A DNA stretch of 64,000 nt from Eledone cirrhosa (GCA_964016885.1 OZ024746.1:59024001-59088000), one strand, 5' to 3'. Positions 13,277 to 27,900 are shown, numbered from the stretch's first letter. Notes: generated from the letters alone by a model not told the origin. Program-made: numbers and translations.

Positions 13277-13769
13277 TGTCCGTTTACAATTGTTTCGCTA
13301 CTCCATATAATATTTCTGGATCAGATGACTATATTTCATAATTGATCTGGTTCAGTTGAAAATAATTAACATATTTAAAAGACAGAGCGTGTCATCGGAA
13401 CTTCAAAGGAATATAAATTAAAATAATGAGAGAATGTTACATAATATAATGTTACATATACTGGTTTTTTACTATGGTGTCTTGGTTGCATCAGTTGTCA
13501 GCCATAATCAAGCAATATTCATCTGTCGAGGCTGCATTGTGTGAGATCTGCCTATGGGTAACAAGATGGCTGCCAAAGGACATATTTACCTTACTAATTA
13601 GAGGGTGGTTTCAGGGGAAGTAACTCATCGAGAGATTAGAAATTGTGGGTATTTATAGTTAAGTCTAATTTTTTAATTTTTTAATTGAGGGACAATGTAG
13701 GGGAGGTAACTTATAATTATCTAAGTTGTTCATAGCAATTTAACTTATTAGCTACAAGTAAAATACACT

Positions 13770-13957
13770 GTGTAATTGCTGGCACAGGGCCAGCAATTAT
13801 CCAGTGCATTACTGGTACTTTATTTTATCGACCCCTGTAAGGATGAAAGGCAAAGTTAACCTCAGCGGGATTTGAACTCAGAATGGCAAGGGCCGTAACT
13901 CTATGCGTCAAAGCATGGCCTCCGTCCCTCTACCGATACAGCCAATCCACCGCCCCC
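13770..13957 (-). mobile_element. tRNA-derived SINE, full length
   Basis: Complete consensus from ggcggtggattgg to the tail. Confidence 0.9.
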
Positions 13958-14334
13958 AAAATAAACAATATAATGCTGTAGGTGGCTACGAAGTTGACAG
14001 TATTGAAATGTTTTATATTGTTGGTGATGATGGCGGTGATGGGGATGATGCTAATGACTATGATCATTATCCTAGAGATGATAATACTGATAATAGGAAT
14101 TATAATAACATGAATAAAACCAACATCAGCAATAATAAAAATAATTATAATAATTCTTTCTTTTAATATTGGCCCTAAACCTGCATATTGAGGAGGGGAA
14201 AGTCGATAACATCGACACCAGTCCTTCATATGTTCCATATTTTATCACACACACCACCCCCCAAATATATACTCGGCGCTATTTTGACTAAGAGCTTAAT
14301 AGTTACAACAACAACAACAACAACAACAACAATA

Positions 14335-14715
14335 ATAATTATATCTGGTTTAGGCACAAGGCTAGCAATCGAACCCAGTGCGTGACTGGTACTTAATTTT
14401 ATCGATCCCGTAAGGATGAAAGGCAAAGTTAACCTCGGTGGGCTTTGAACTCAGACCATAAAGGGCCGTAACTCTATGCTGCAAAGCATGGCGTCCGACC
14501 CTCTACCGATACTAATGGTTTCTGATTTAAGCACAATGCCAACAATTTAATCAACTTTTAGGAAGTTGATTAAATTGACCACAGGGAATTACTGGTGCTT
14601 TATTTTATTCATCATGTAAGGATGAAAGGCAAAGTTAAACTCGGCGGGATTTGAACTCAGAAAGTAAAGGACAAATCATACTGGCCGATGCTCTACCGAT
14701 ACTGCCAATTCAAGC
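14335..14715 (-). mobile_element. Two head-to-tail SINE copies
   Basis: Two B-box + core units. Confidence 0.85.
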
Positions 14716-15199
14716 GGAAGTCAAATGTCAACTTGCCTACTAGATGCTAGTAGCCATAACAATAATTTGAATTTGGCCGCCGAATGGATACAATACACAC
14801 AGTACAGACAAAACAAAGACAACAACATCCAGTTGTTATGGCTATAAAAACAAACCGAGACAAAACAAAAAAAAACAGCACCAGCAATACCCACTATTCT
14901 ATCACAACCACCAACACCAGTACATCTCCATCCACGCCACAACCATTACTTCACCGCCTCCGCCGCGGCCTTGACAAATCCAGTACAGAAACCTAAAAGC
15001 ACAATCTAGATATTGTGGCTATTACTACTAGCTACCAGCAATAGTTAGTCGAGAAACAACAACTCAACAGGCACTACCACTTCTACAACAAATAAAAGCA
15101 TTAACAACAAAAGAAAATCAATTATCACAACTCTCGTAGCAATATATACATATAATGACAACAACAAAAGCAACAACTGAAGCAACAGCAGCAGCAAGA

Positions 15200-15500
15200 A
15201 GTAAAAAGAGGCCAAAATTATCGACATATCTGTCCTAGGAGATAGTAGTGAAGGATAATTAGCGAAAAAAGAAAATGATGGAAAAGTATGAACGACTGAA
15301 GGAAGGTTCTGGGGAATGAAGAAGGGTTAAGAGATTCCCGTGGTGACAGGAGCATTGAGATACATATCGGAGAGTTTTGAGGACTGTAAATAGAATCGGA
15401 ATTGATGCAAGATTACAGGTCATATAAAAAAAAAGCACCTTTCTTGATGCAACAAGAATTTTAAGAAAGTCTTGTCTACGTAAAACACAAGAAAGTATGC
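15200..15500 (+). mobile_element. Heavily decayed 3' end of an R4/Dong-like LINE
   Basis: Residual IIDIS, VVTGAL and ATRILRK-like segments parallel the 3' end of the 33394-34748 element. Confidence 0.5.
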
Positions 15501-15775
15501 AGTGAAGGACGTTTGTCAACCTGTTGACTGCTCTCTAACAAAACTTCGAGCAATTTAAACGGGATGGACGAGCCTCTCCAGGTGCCTAGGTGCAGGTCTA
15601 GCGAATTTTCCTGGAAAGGTTTAGCTCCGATTGCCACCTCGTAATCCCTGAGAGCGGTGACGATCATCTGAATGTGTCTGGTGTTCGATACCACAATAGT
15701 GACGTCATGACACGATTTCATATCAGAAACCTTGCAAAATAAATATATATATATATTAAATATATATATATATAT

Positions 15776-15947
15776 AGGAGTAAGTAAGACCCCGACGGCT
15801 CAGCTCAAGCCGTTTTGACGGCTAATTCTGTCTAATTCAGAATCAGCCGTCGGGGTCTTACTTACTCCTATTACCCACTCTACTACCCTAAGTATTGAGT
15901 ACTTTGGTGCGTTATGGTCCACCTGGTTCCTTACCACTTTTCCCTCG

Positions 15948-15948
<1 letters not shown>
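15776..15948 (+). mobile_element. PLE-like insert with 5' fold-back (GUC family)
   Basis: 15776-15870 is self-complementary and is followed by the family tail. Confidence 0.7.
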
Positions 15949-15996
<48 letters not shown>

Positions 15997-16135
15997 GGTT
16001 TGAGGTTCACCACTGTATAGAGCTGGTCTATTCCGTATGGTCAATCGTAATACAATAATATAGAGAGTACTCAACGTAAGGCAGTTCAACCGTCTTTGTT
16101 TTTGTAGTTGGTGGTGCTATTACGGAGTTAAATAT

Positions 16136-16211
16136 TATAATGAAATGACAGGAGGCTGGATTTGTGTAAATCCTTGAAAGGATTTACACAAATCCAGCCT
16201 CCTGTCATTTC

Positions 16212-16217
<6 letters not shown>
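16136..16217. repeat. Perfect fold-back hairpin next to (TA)n
   Basis: tataatgaaatgacaggaggctggatttgtgtaaatcctt-g-aaggatttacacaaatccagcctcctgtcatttcattata. A related single-arm sequence lies at ~50910-50950. Confidence 0.9.
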
Positions 16218-16264
<47 letters not shown>

Positions 16265-16266
16265 CT

Positions 16267-16315
16267 GATTCCTGATGATTTCTAATGAATGAAACAGTTC
16301 TAGTCCTGTAGAATC
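16267..16315 (+). ncRNA. Stand-alone complete type I hammerhead ribozyme between two (TA)n tracts
   Basis: gattc CTGATGA tttc taat gaat GAAA cag ttctagtc ctg TA gaatc. Stem I is a perfect 5 bp and stem III is 4 bp. Confidence 0.85.
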
Positions 16316-16318
16316 TCA

Positions 16319-16356
<38 letters not shown>

Positions 16357-16359
16357 TAC

Positions 16360-16905
16360 AACCCTCTACTCTGCCACTCCAATAGAAGGTATATCCTCCC
16401 TTCTGTTCTGAGAATTGACTCTCACCTACCAATCTGGTTTCTGAAAGAGTAACGAGGTCCATGCTATAGCGATTGAGTTCTCTCGACACCAAAGCAGGTC
16501 TTCTTTCAGAGCGAGTTTCACTGGATTGGGAATCAAGTAAAGTTTTTACATTCCAGCATCCAATATTCAGAGGTTTGAACCTCTTTGCAATTGCAGGATG
16601 ATGACTGGGCCCACGCTGCGGTGTCATGGGACACCTGCCGGGCCAGACCCTTTTACAATAAGTTCCAGATCCCTTACTGCCATAGACTTCAAGGTTATCA
16701 TCTGTCATCATAGAGTTTGGTGCACTTTAGGGCTACGACCATCCACACGAACTTGTAGCAGATCCTGAGCAAGCGACGCTTGGGCTTTGAAGGTTTTTTT
16801 AAGTGGAGAAAGACCTTCCACGCGACCAATCCTACTCTCTTAGCATCAAAAACACTACACGAAAACGAGAACTGGTCAACATCATCGGATGCTTCCGAAG
16901 CCGCA
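16360..16905 (-). mobile_element. RTE-type LINE 5' fragment (5'UTR + APE endonuclease N-terminus)
   Basis: LNIGCWNVKTL...RELNRYSMDLVTLSETRL..E..GGYTFYWSG are APE domain motifs typical of the RTE clade. Confidence 0.85.
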
Positions 16906-16963
16906 CATACATACATACATAATACATACATACATACATATATATATACATACATACATGGTG

Positions 16964-17328
16964 GTGGCTGCCAACTCGTTTTCGAGTACGGCCACTACTT
17001 TATATCCATGTAGGAGAACCCCTAACAATGCGCTAAACAAGTGTGACTTTTTAGTCCAGCCAGCGACTTGAAAACTCTGGTACAAACACTCCACCTGTGA
17101 CAATTATTGACACATATTGTTGGGCCCATAGCACCATGTGACGACAAGTGCAGAAAGATCTCCAGATATAAAGTAATGCCTGTGCCGTGAACCTTTTATA
17201 GTGAGCAAAGGCACTGCACAAAGCCAGTCCCACTCTCTTAACCAAGATGATATTTACCAAAAAGAAGAACAAGTCAACATCATTGGATACCATCAGGGTT
17301 GCAGGTGTTATATCAGAGTTTTCCTTCT
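16964..17328 (-). mobile_element. Non-autonomous RTE-derived element, copy 2 (5'-truncated)
   Basis: Homologous to 4081-4450, flanked by (CATA)n. Confidence 0.75.
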
Positions 17329-17381
17329 GAACGAAAACGAGAACATACATACATACATACATACATACATACATACATACA

Positions 17382-17412
<31 letters not shown>

Positions 17413-17603
17413 TATATGTGCGTGCATGTGTGTATGTGTAAGTTATAAAACGAACAATCTGATAAAATATATAATGCAACAATGAATACACTTCCCAATT
17501 CCGTGGGGAATCAGGAGGGAAATAAGTAACAAAGATACAACACCAAATATAATATATATATGTATGTGATGTGGTGTATACGTCTATATAAGTGTATGTG
17601 TAT

Positions 17604-17706
<103 letters not shown>

Positions 17707-17794
17707 TGTGTATGTGTGTATATATATATGTATGTATATATATGTATATGTATATATATATATATGTATATATGTACATATATATATATATATT

Positions 17795-17826
<32 letters not shown>

Positions 17827-17895
17827 CTGTATATATATATATATATAGATATATATATACATACTGCCTCTCTGTTCTGTCCCTGTTCAATTTTT

Positions 17896-17971
<76 letters not shown>

Positions 17972-18067
17972 GTATATAAATATATATGTATATAAATATA
18001 GGTATATATATATATATGTATATATTTACTGTATATATATGCATATATATATATATATATATATATA

Positions 18068-18137
<70 letters not shown>

Positions 18138-18374
18138 CATGTATATAAACATATGTATATAGAGGGCAGACTTTAACATCACGAAATATTTAGTAGACGT
18201 CAAAGATGTTTAAGCAGAAGAATCTAGAAGCAAAACAGAAGATTGAGAGGATTGAAGAAAGAAAAAAGAAAATGAACGTCATTTCTCCTAAAAGCAAAAC
18301 AACCTGTGTAGCTCAAAGCTAAAGATAGAATATATATAGAGAGACAAAAACACAAAAGCAACACTGAAATAACA

Positions 18375-18772
18375 GATAAGTGTTTCTATGTTAGGCTCAA
18401 GGCCGGCAATTAACCAGTACATTGGTGGTACTTTATTTTATCGACCCCGTAAGGATGAAAGGCACAGTTAACCTCGGCGGGATTTGAACTCAGATCATGA
18501 AGGGACGTAACTCTATGCTTCAAAGCATTGTGTCCGACTCTCTACCGATACTGCCAATGCACCGCCCCCTGAAATAACAAATAATTGTTTCTACTTTAGG
18601 CACAAGGCCAGCAATTAGCCAGTGCATTACTGGTACTTTATTTTATCGACCCCGCATGGATGAAAGGCAAAAGTCAACCTCGGCAGGATTTGCACTCAGA
18701 TCGTAAAGGGACGTAACTATGCTGGAAAGCATGGCGTCCCACCCTCTACTGATACTGCCAATCCACCGCCCT
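18375..18772 (-). mobile_element. Two head-to-tail SINE copies
   Basis: Two full consensus units. The target motif ctgaaataaca(a/g)ataa occurs at 18363, 18569 and 19034. Confidence 0.9.
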
Positions 18773-18784
18773 TAAAAGGACGTT

Positions 18785-19027
18785 AAAGGACGTAATTCGA
18801 GGCATCTTTATACACAACCATCACTCACACAACACACACGCATTCCTTTATTATTTAATTCTTTTACTGTCTTCAAACTGGAGCACCACATTGATTTAGT
18901 TATTTAGTTTATCATATCGATTCTAGTATATATTTTTAAGTTTGGTACTTATTTGATCGATTACATAAACACAGACAAAAACCTAGAAAGAGACACGACC
19001 AGACACCCCCACACACACTTGCATGTG
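18785..19027. repeat. ~240-bp inverted duplicate of 21026-21270
   Basis: Near-identical reverse complement, e.g. cttcaaactggagcaccacattgatttagttatttag. Confidence 0.9.
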
Positions 19028-19198
19028 CATCCTCTGAAATAACAAATAATGTAAGAGGGAGATAACTCTTAGAAGAATGTGTTACGTTCATTGAGTACAG
19101 ATAAAAACGGGATTCGTGGCAGGGTTGAGCAGTGACAAAGTTCGTTATATACCGGTATTGGAATTTTGTAGATGGAATCTGCAGATTTCTTTCATGTA

Positions 19199-19295
<97 letters not shown>

Positions 19296-19296
19296 T

Positions 19297-19405
<109 letters not shown>

Positions 19406-19521
19406 CTTATGGTAGCTAAGATGATTTCCATAAGCGGTATGCCGGTTGAGCACTCTATGTTCTGACAGAGCAGAGTATGATAGAATAGAAAACGAAAAAT
19501 CATCTTAACTCAATTTATTGT

Positions 19522-19609
19522 GTGTTACAATTGTTTCGCCTGCGGACAGCTCGAGACGCGATCATTGTGTGGATCTGTTTGATTCTGGACTCGCAGGTTC
19601 GACGGACAC
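19522..19609 (-). ncRNA. Degenerate hammerhead ribozyme with long stem II
   Basis: Minus strand: gtgt CCGTCGA acctgcg...cgcaggc GAAA caattg TA acac. Two core mismatches, palindromic loop 3. Confidence 0.55.
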
Positions 19610-19638
19610 GTCTAATGATTTCGGAGCATATTCTCTCA

Positions 19639-20032
<394 letters not shown>

Positions 20033-20042
20033 TTATTTCGTT

Positions 20043-20080
20043 CCTTTACCGGTTTCGCAGTTCTTCTGCTTTTCAAAAGG
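20043..20080 (-). ncRNA. Hammerhead ribozyme, U3-A8 variant core
   Basis: Minus strand: cctt TTGAAAA gcag aagaa ctgc GAAA ccgg TA aagg, inside an insert (20030-20230) homologous to 12655-12850. Confidence 0.75.
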
Positions 20081-20222
20081 TGTGTTGAGATGGAGGGTCT
20101 GTGGTTTTTCTCACATTAAAAAAATAAGACTCCAGTTGCATTTTCCATTTCATCTCTTTTTCTTTATACTTTCACTCGTGTAGGACACCTCGGTTATTTT
20201 TCATTTTGTTAAAAAACCTCAC

Positions 20223-20291
<69 letters not shown>

Positions 20292-20296
<5 letters not shown>

Positions 20297-20580
20297 AATG
20301 AATAATAAGAGGTAGACATCATAAAAATGTAATTTATTCTGTGTGCTTACAGCATAACTAGGCTGTATAACCACCGTGGAAACATTTGTAAGCACACAGA
20401 ATAAATTACCTTTTTATGATGTCTACCTGTTATTATTCATTCTTTATCTACACTCCGGAATACAGAAGGATCAGGAACTAAGTTTCTTCAACAATTCTTC
20501 CATAACTCGTTGAGTAACCCTTACCGTTGGTCAACCCTATCCAATGTAGTAATTAACCATTACTGCATCTAGGATAATCT
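20292..20580 (+). mobile_element. PLE-like insert with 5' fold-back and HHR 3' half
   Basis: 20292-20350 is inverted against 20388-20447. GAAA catttg TA agcacac at 20379-20397. Confidence 0.65.
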
Positions 20581-20688
20581 TATATATATATATATATATA
20601 CTGAAGTAAAGGTTAAGCGGAAATATCGTAGAGTAAGACCACTCCGATCATGGGACGAGTTTAGTATAATTAATTACAACCTCGCATG

Positions 20689-20738
20689 ACAGGCTGAATG
20701 TATTGGGGCCAAGAACCCAACGAAACTTGAGTACCTGT
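20689..20738 (+). ncRNA. Degenerate hammerhead ribozyme
   Basis: acagg CTGAATG(ta) ttggg-loop-cccaa(c) GAAA cttgag TA cctgt. Stems are intact but the core 5' strand is altered. Confidence 0.55.
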
Positions 20739-20755
20739 TTATGTCACTGTTGTAA

Positions 20756-20840
<85 letters not shown>

Positions 20841-21543
20841 AATGTATAATTGCTAGAACAGCAGCCGTCAAAGCAGCTAAATGCTGTCAAAGATTGTGAT
20901 GGGCAAAAATGTCCCAGAGGACAGAGACGAGCAGTTAGTGGTAGACAGAGAGACAGCCCACTATGTGACTGACAGGCATATATATATATATGTTTGTGTG
21001 TGTGTGTGTGTGTGTGCGCGCACCCACACGTGCAAGTGTGTGTGAGGGTGTCTGGTCGTGCCTCTTTCTAGGTTTTTGTCTGTGTTTATGTAATCGATCA
21101 AATAAGTAATAAACTTAAAAATATATACTAGAATCGATATGATAAACTAAATAACTAAATCAATGTGGTGCTCCAGTTTGAAGACAGTAAAAGAATTAAA
21201 TAATAAAGGAATGCGTGTGTGTTGTGTTAGTGAGTGGTTGTGTATAGAGATGCCTCGAATTACGTCCTTTTACGCTGAAATGTTAAATTTGCCATTTGAT
21301 AGTGATCGATGAAATAAATTTACTGGATTTCAGTAAGTGGTGAGATCAATATATTTGACTCGACCCCTTTTAAAGCACTCTAATGACTGTAACCAGAAAA
21401 TACACCATTTTATATATATTTTTATATGTGTATATATATATATATATGTAAGTATGTATGTATACACATATTGCCGTACTAAGAGTGAGAAATGAAAGTT
21501 CGTTTCAATTTTTTCCATATATATATATGTATATATATATATG

Positions 21544-21633
<90 letters not shown>

Positions 21634-21673
21634 GTATAATATAAGATCTAAAGATGGTTAAAAGAGTTCCAAG

Positions 21674-21744
21674 TATTTTATTATGCACATTTCATAAACA
21701 AATATCATCATGAGATGACATTTGCGTTTTCATCAGATAAAATA
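21674..21744 (-). ncRNA. Type I hammerhead ribozyme
   Basis: Minus strand: tattttat CTGATGA [..caaatgtcatc tcat gatgatatttg..] GAAA tgtgca TA ataaaata. Perfect 8-bp stem I. Confidence 0.82.
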
Positions 21745-21839
21745 GGGATACATGATATGAAGGTTAAAAAACACACTACTGCGAATAGTGAAGTTTTAAA
21801 TCTTTATTGTGCTACAATAAAACTCACCTCCTACATATA

Positions 21840-21914
<75 letters not shown>

Positions 21915-22984
21915 CAAAAATGCGTGGTGGTATATTTAACTCCTTTTTACTATATATATATAAATATAAATGTATATATATTAGAATCCCGAACAACGCC
22001 GGCCCATTATGCGAGTATATATATATATATAACTAAACGTTACCTCACTGAAGCAGAATACGTGATACTAATTATATTTCCATAAATCTCAATTGGATTA
22101 TATGAATTATATGAAATAAGATAAAGGAAGAATGACAAACTCAAACAGCAGAAACGATTGAAAGGGAACGAGAGGAGCAGACCCCCCCCCCCCCCCCGTC
22201 TTGGCAGCATATATCGATTGCACCACGCAGAAAAGTTAGCAAGATATTTGCCACTTACATCAGCTAATGTCACTTGATTAATCAACCACCTCATGTCACT
22301 GGGCAATCTATTTAGGCGGGATGCACATCCCTTCAATATGACGGAGGAAAGCGATAGTTATGGACCCGGGGAAGGTCACAACGGCAAAGAGCACGAAAAT
22401 GAAGTCATCAGTGAAGTTTTGGTTTGTGGCCGAAGTGGCAATGTTAGGGACGGAGAACGTGTCGCAACACATGACACCCAAGATTGGAGATTTAATTCCA
22501 ATGTGAAGAGGGCTATTCTCCGTGAGCGCTTTCCATCGCCGAGAAGAGGGTTATTCTCTCTGAGTGCTTTCCGTCACCGCCTTTAAGGCCCGCAAACCCC
22601 AGTTGCGATGGAAAATCGGCCGCGTCGTGGATCCCCCTAATTTTGACAATGGAACCCAGAAGGCTTTGAAATATTAATATACTCATATATTTTGGCAGGT
22701 TATTGTTCCAAACGAAAACTAATCCTTAATAAAAAAAAAAAATGATCAAACTGGAGAATAATAGTGTTTACAATATATGTTTAAAGGAAATGTTATTTCC
22801 TACTTATACATATATGTATGTGTGCGTGGTTATGTACGTGTGTGGGTGTTTATGTGCGTATGTGTGTTTTTGTCTGTGTATTTTGTTGTTTGTTCATAGG
22901 TATGTTTTTGTGTGTAGCGTGTGTGTGTTGTGTGTATATATATATATATATATAGATAGATATGCGTGTGTATGTTATATTAAG

Positions 22985-23077
<93 letters not shown>

Positions 23078-23404
23078 ATGTGTGCGTGTGTGTGTGTGTC
23101 ATATTAAGCATATTAGCACACAGATTGTACCATACATTCAATCGAAGTAAATATTATTCTCCAAGCCCAAATCCCAAGTGGAATCCCAAACTTTCGAAAT
23201 GAAACAAGCGAATTCTCTACAGATAAAATGTTGTATACTGTACGCTGTACACTCTATACTTTATAAGATGATGTGTATATGACTTTGGAATTAACTGAAT
23301 GATGTAGAGGGAAGACAAATACAGAAGAAGTGTACTCCATATACATATACAAACATTTCTACAAAATCATATGCACATATACATATATATGTTTCTACTT
23401 GCAT

Positions 23405-23560
23405 ATGAGGCGGCGAAGTGGCAGAGTCGTTAGAGCGTCGAATAGAATGATTTTTATTACTCGTTCCGGTTCTCTGTTATCTAAATTCAAATCCCGCCGA
23501 GGTCAACTTTAACTTTTATCATTTCTAGGTATTTAAAAATGCACCAGTGTAGTACTGCCG
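23405..23560 (+). mobile_element. Diverged SINE copy
   Basis: ggcggcgaagtggcagagtcgttagag...ttcaaatcccgccgaggtcaacttt. Confidence 0.75.
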
Positions 23561-23762
23561 TTGATTCGTCCTCTATATCACTTTCTCATTTTTCTCTCTC
23601 TTACTTTCTATGTTTCTCTGGAAGAAATCTGCTGTATTCAGGCCTGGAGAAGGATGGGCTCCGCCAGGCTTAAAATTATCAAGAGACGCCGTATGTCAAT
23701 ACAGTGCCCCTACGATTCTATAAGAAGTTATGGCACCATACAAATAATGTGTTTTCTGACGT

Positions 23763-23888
23763 CATATACATGATTCTTGCAGCCAATCTAAACTTAACCA
23801 GCTGGAGAACCTATAGTTCCCCTGTAGTTGTTGAGTTTTCATCTTTTACTGGTTAAGTTTAGATTGGCTGTAAGAATCATGTATATGA
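23763..23888. repeat. Fold-back inverted repeat at the 5' end of a PLE-like insert
   Basis: catatacatgattcttgcagccaatctaaacttaaccag / ctggttaagtttagattggctgtaagaatcatgtatatg. Confidence 0.85.
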
Positions 23889-24062
23889 TTCACTTTTCGT
23901 TGCATTACCATCTTTGATTGTTTACAGTCTCGCTCGTTCCCCTTATTTACGTGTCCCAACGACTTTCTTTAGCCGTTGCTCGCACCAACCGGAGGTATAT
24001 GGTCTTTAAAGCGATGAAATACCAATGAAGGTTGGAAGATCACTGATGAAGGACTAAATTTA

Positions 24063-24142
<80 letters not shown>

Positions 24143-24548
24143 TAATTATATAATTTCGGCGAGATCGTATTTCGGCTGTGGTCAAAAACAAAGTGAAACG
24201 CAATTTTCGATATATGCGGCAAGCGCTCAGTGGACTAAAAGAAGACCAGAGCAATTAACATACGTTATAGAGGCCATACAAACTGAAAACGGCGGACATG
24301 AAGCTATCAGCCACCGGAGCCGAAAAAAACGAAGCAAGCTAAACAGGTTACTAGTAATCACTTTATGAAACATATGTAAATATTATGAAATATAGATACC
24401 TGTCCCCTTGTACAGTGAGCGGTGTATGGGTATAACACTTTATCTAATTATATATGTGTATCTAAAAGGTAAACAGAAATAACAACACAATCGGTACAGT
24501 GAGTGGAAGGAATATATTAAGTTAACGCTTGAAATGGCAAGAAGAGGC

Positions 24549-24584
24549 TCTTAAAGTTTCAGTTGCTAGTCCTTCATCAGAAGA
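24549..24584 (-). ncRNA. Degenerate minimal hammerhead (same family as 43305-43340)
   Basis: Minus strand: tctt CTGATGA aggac tagc aact GAAA ct TT aaga. Stem II has decayed. Flanks are homologous to 43200-43430. Confidence 0.6.
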
Positions 24585-25499
24585 AAGAATGAGAAATTAG
24601 AAAGATTGAAGGGACGGGTGTGGCGGAATCGGAAAAAATGTTTGTAGAGAAAAATAACAGGTCCATTCATGTTGCCATCTGTTGGAAAACTGATGATGCT
24701 GGCGTTTTGTGTATTTTTAGAAAAGTGGATGATGGAGCGTGTCTACCTGAAATGGAAAAAATAAAACATTCTGTATATAGAGCTATACGTGTGCGCGTGC
24801 GTATGCGAGCGTATGCGTGTGTGGGTGTGTATGAAAGAGAGGGCGAGAGAGTGTGTATGAGAGAGAGGAAGAGTGATCAAGGCATAGGTGTGGTTAATGA
24901 GTTTGCTATGCAATCTCATATTTCTGAATTCTATCTCGATCCCCTGTACCGTGGGCAAGTATCTTCTACTGTAGTCTTGCACATATATGTCGTATATGTA
25001 TATACATGTGTGTGTTTATGTTTCTTTGTGTGTGTCTACTCATATGTCCTCGTTTGTGGTCCGACAATACTAACATCGATAAAATAAGCACCAGACTTGA
25101 AAGAAATAAGTATTGGTTACCACTAAATCAAATTCGTGTCCTATCATAGCCTGAGTCAAAAGACCGAAAGCAATAAAGGAATAAAATCTAAAGGAATCAT
25201 TTCTTAAAATAATGTTGACTACAGCATATCAAGAGAATTAACATTTACGTGTTTGATGCATGGAGATATATATCTAAAAGAAAAGCAGGTGTTCATGGTG
25301 GTTATGATGTTGCTATATGTGTTGATTTTGTTGATATTTTGGTTGCAGTTTTTGCAGTTGTTGTTGTTGTTGTTTTTGCTGCGGTTGTTGTTCAGTCAAT
25401 TTGTAATAAATAAAATTTATTAGATTTCTCATCGTCTTCTTCTTATATATATATATCTGTGTGTATATGTGTGTGCATATGCATATACAGCACATATAG

Positions 25500-25566
<67 letters not shown>

Positions 25567-26378
25567 ATATACACACACAAACATACACACACACACACAT
25601 ATATAAATACATATATGTATATATATATATATATATATAAACACCCCTTTCTGTAAATTACAAACCACTTAGTGCACATATACACTTCAAAGGAAATAAC
25701 TATAACTTAATCATTAGAAAAACATGGCGAACTTCCCAGACTTTCTAGATTTTGTTTTTGGTCCTTGTTTTTATCTTTTACGCAAACTAACAAAATTATA
25801 ATTATAATCAATACACACACAAACACACACACTCACTCTCTCTCTCACTCCCCCTTCTCTCTCACACACACACGCACACATACACACACATACACACTCA
25901 CACACGAATTTGTATAATTATAAAATTAAAACTTTCTTGAAACGAAGATGAAATAGCTGTTGACATATTTTCTTGTGGCGGCCATTGTTGTAGATGGTAT
26001 AATTTATCATATTGTTAGTTTGTTGTATTTTATTTTGAATTTTTGGGGGGTTTTTGTTCTTGTTTTTCTCTTGATTGTGTTGGTGTTAACTTTCCGACGA
26101 ACTTAGTTATTAAAGATTCAAATATTACTATTATTATTATTATCTTAGCCATCAAAAATGTCCGTGATTGAAATACATACACTTCTCCTATTTTCCTGTT
26201 TTCGTTTAATGTGGTGAGCTTATATTTGATTGGTTTATTGTGTGCCTTGTAATTTTTAAATATTGTCTCATTTATCTATCATTTCTTGGCGATTGAAAAG
26301 TAAATTTCTTGTTGCTGTTGTTGTTGTGGGTCGTGAATGGTGGTTTAGAAACGAAACGAAACGAAGTGAAGAGCTGGT

Positions 26379-26519
26379 AGAAGAAGAAGAAGAAGAAGAA
26401 GAAGAAGAAGAAGAAGAAGAAGAAGAAGAAGAAGAAGAAGAAGAAGAAGAAGAAGAAGAAGAAGAAGAAGAAGAAGAAGAAGAAGAAGAAGATGATGATG
26501 ATCATGATGATGATGATGA
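26379..26519. repeat. (GAA)n then (GAT)n microsatellite
   Basis: Pure runs. Confidence 0.98.
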
Positions 26520-26646
26520 CGCGTATCATAAAACCATAGAAATGATGAGTACAAAAAATAAGAAATGACAAAACAACTGGAGTTGTGTTGTATATGTGGG
26601 CAACATTTACTATTCGTTATAATATGAAGTTACTATTTCTCTTTTC

Positions 26647-26732
<86 letters not shown>

Positions 26733-27412
26733 ATGTGTATATATATGTGTGTGTATGAGAGAGAGTGAGAGAGTGTGTATGTGTGTGTACGTGTACATAA
26801 AGTCTATCTATATATATATATCTGTATATATATATATATATGTGTGTGTATATATATATATCTGTATATAAAATATAAATTCATATGTGAATATGTGAGT
26901 GTGTGTAAGTTTGTGTGGGCTTGTATGAGTGTGTGAGTGTGTCAGTGTGTGTGCGTGTGTCTGTGTGTGAGTGTGTATGTGGGCGTGTTTCTGTGTGTGA
27001 GTGTGCGTGTGTGTGTGCGTGTGTCTGTATGTATGTATGTACCAGGCATAGATATAAAGCTACAAAGCCAGTGTATATGTATAGGTGCACTTGTGGAACT
27101 TAAAACTCCATGTTCTTTGATATAACTGGATAACAAGAACTCAACTCGTTTGAATGGTTGAATAAATGAGGTTTCGCTCTGGCTTCTTATTGAATGTACA
27201 AACAACAAGAATCAAATGGAATATTACGAATAAGTGGTGAGAGACGAAATGGATGTGGAAATGCATGGAAATGACTGAAAGATAAAAGAAGATTGCTTGG
27301 CCAGTATGTGTGTATGTATGTATGTACGTATGTATGTAGTCATGTATGTATGTATCAATGCATGTGTGCGTATATATGTATATACATATATGTATATATA
27401 TATATGAATATT

Positions 27413-27458
<46 letters not shown>

Positions 27459-27484
27459 CATATATATATGTATATATGTGTATA

Positions 27485-27561
<77 letters not shown>

Positions 27562-27733
27562 GTATATATATGTATATATATATATATGTGTGTGTATGTG
27601 TATGAGTGTATGTATGTATGTATGTGTATATACACATAGAGAGAGAGAATGGGAGGAAAACAACAGAAACAGAAAATGTGATCGATTGATAGGTAGATAA
27701 ATAGATTAATAGATAGATGCACAAGCACACACA

Positions 27734-27900
<167 letters not shown>

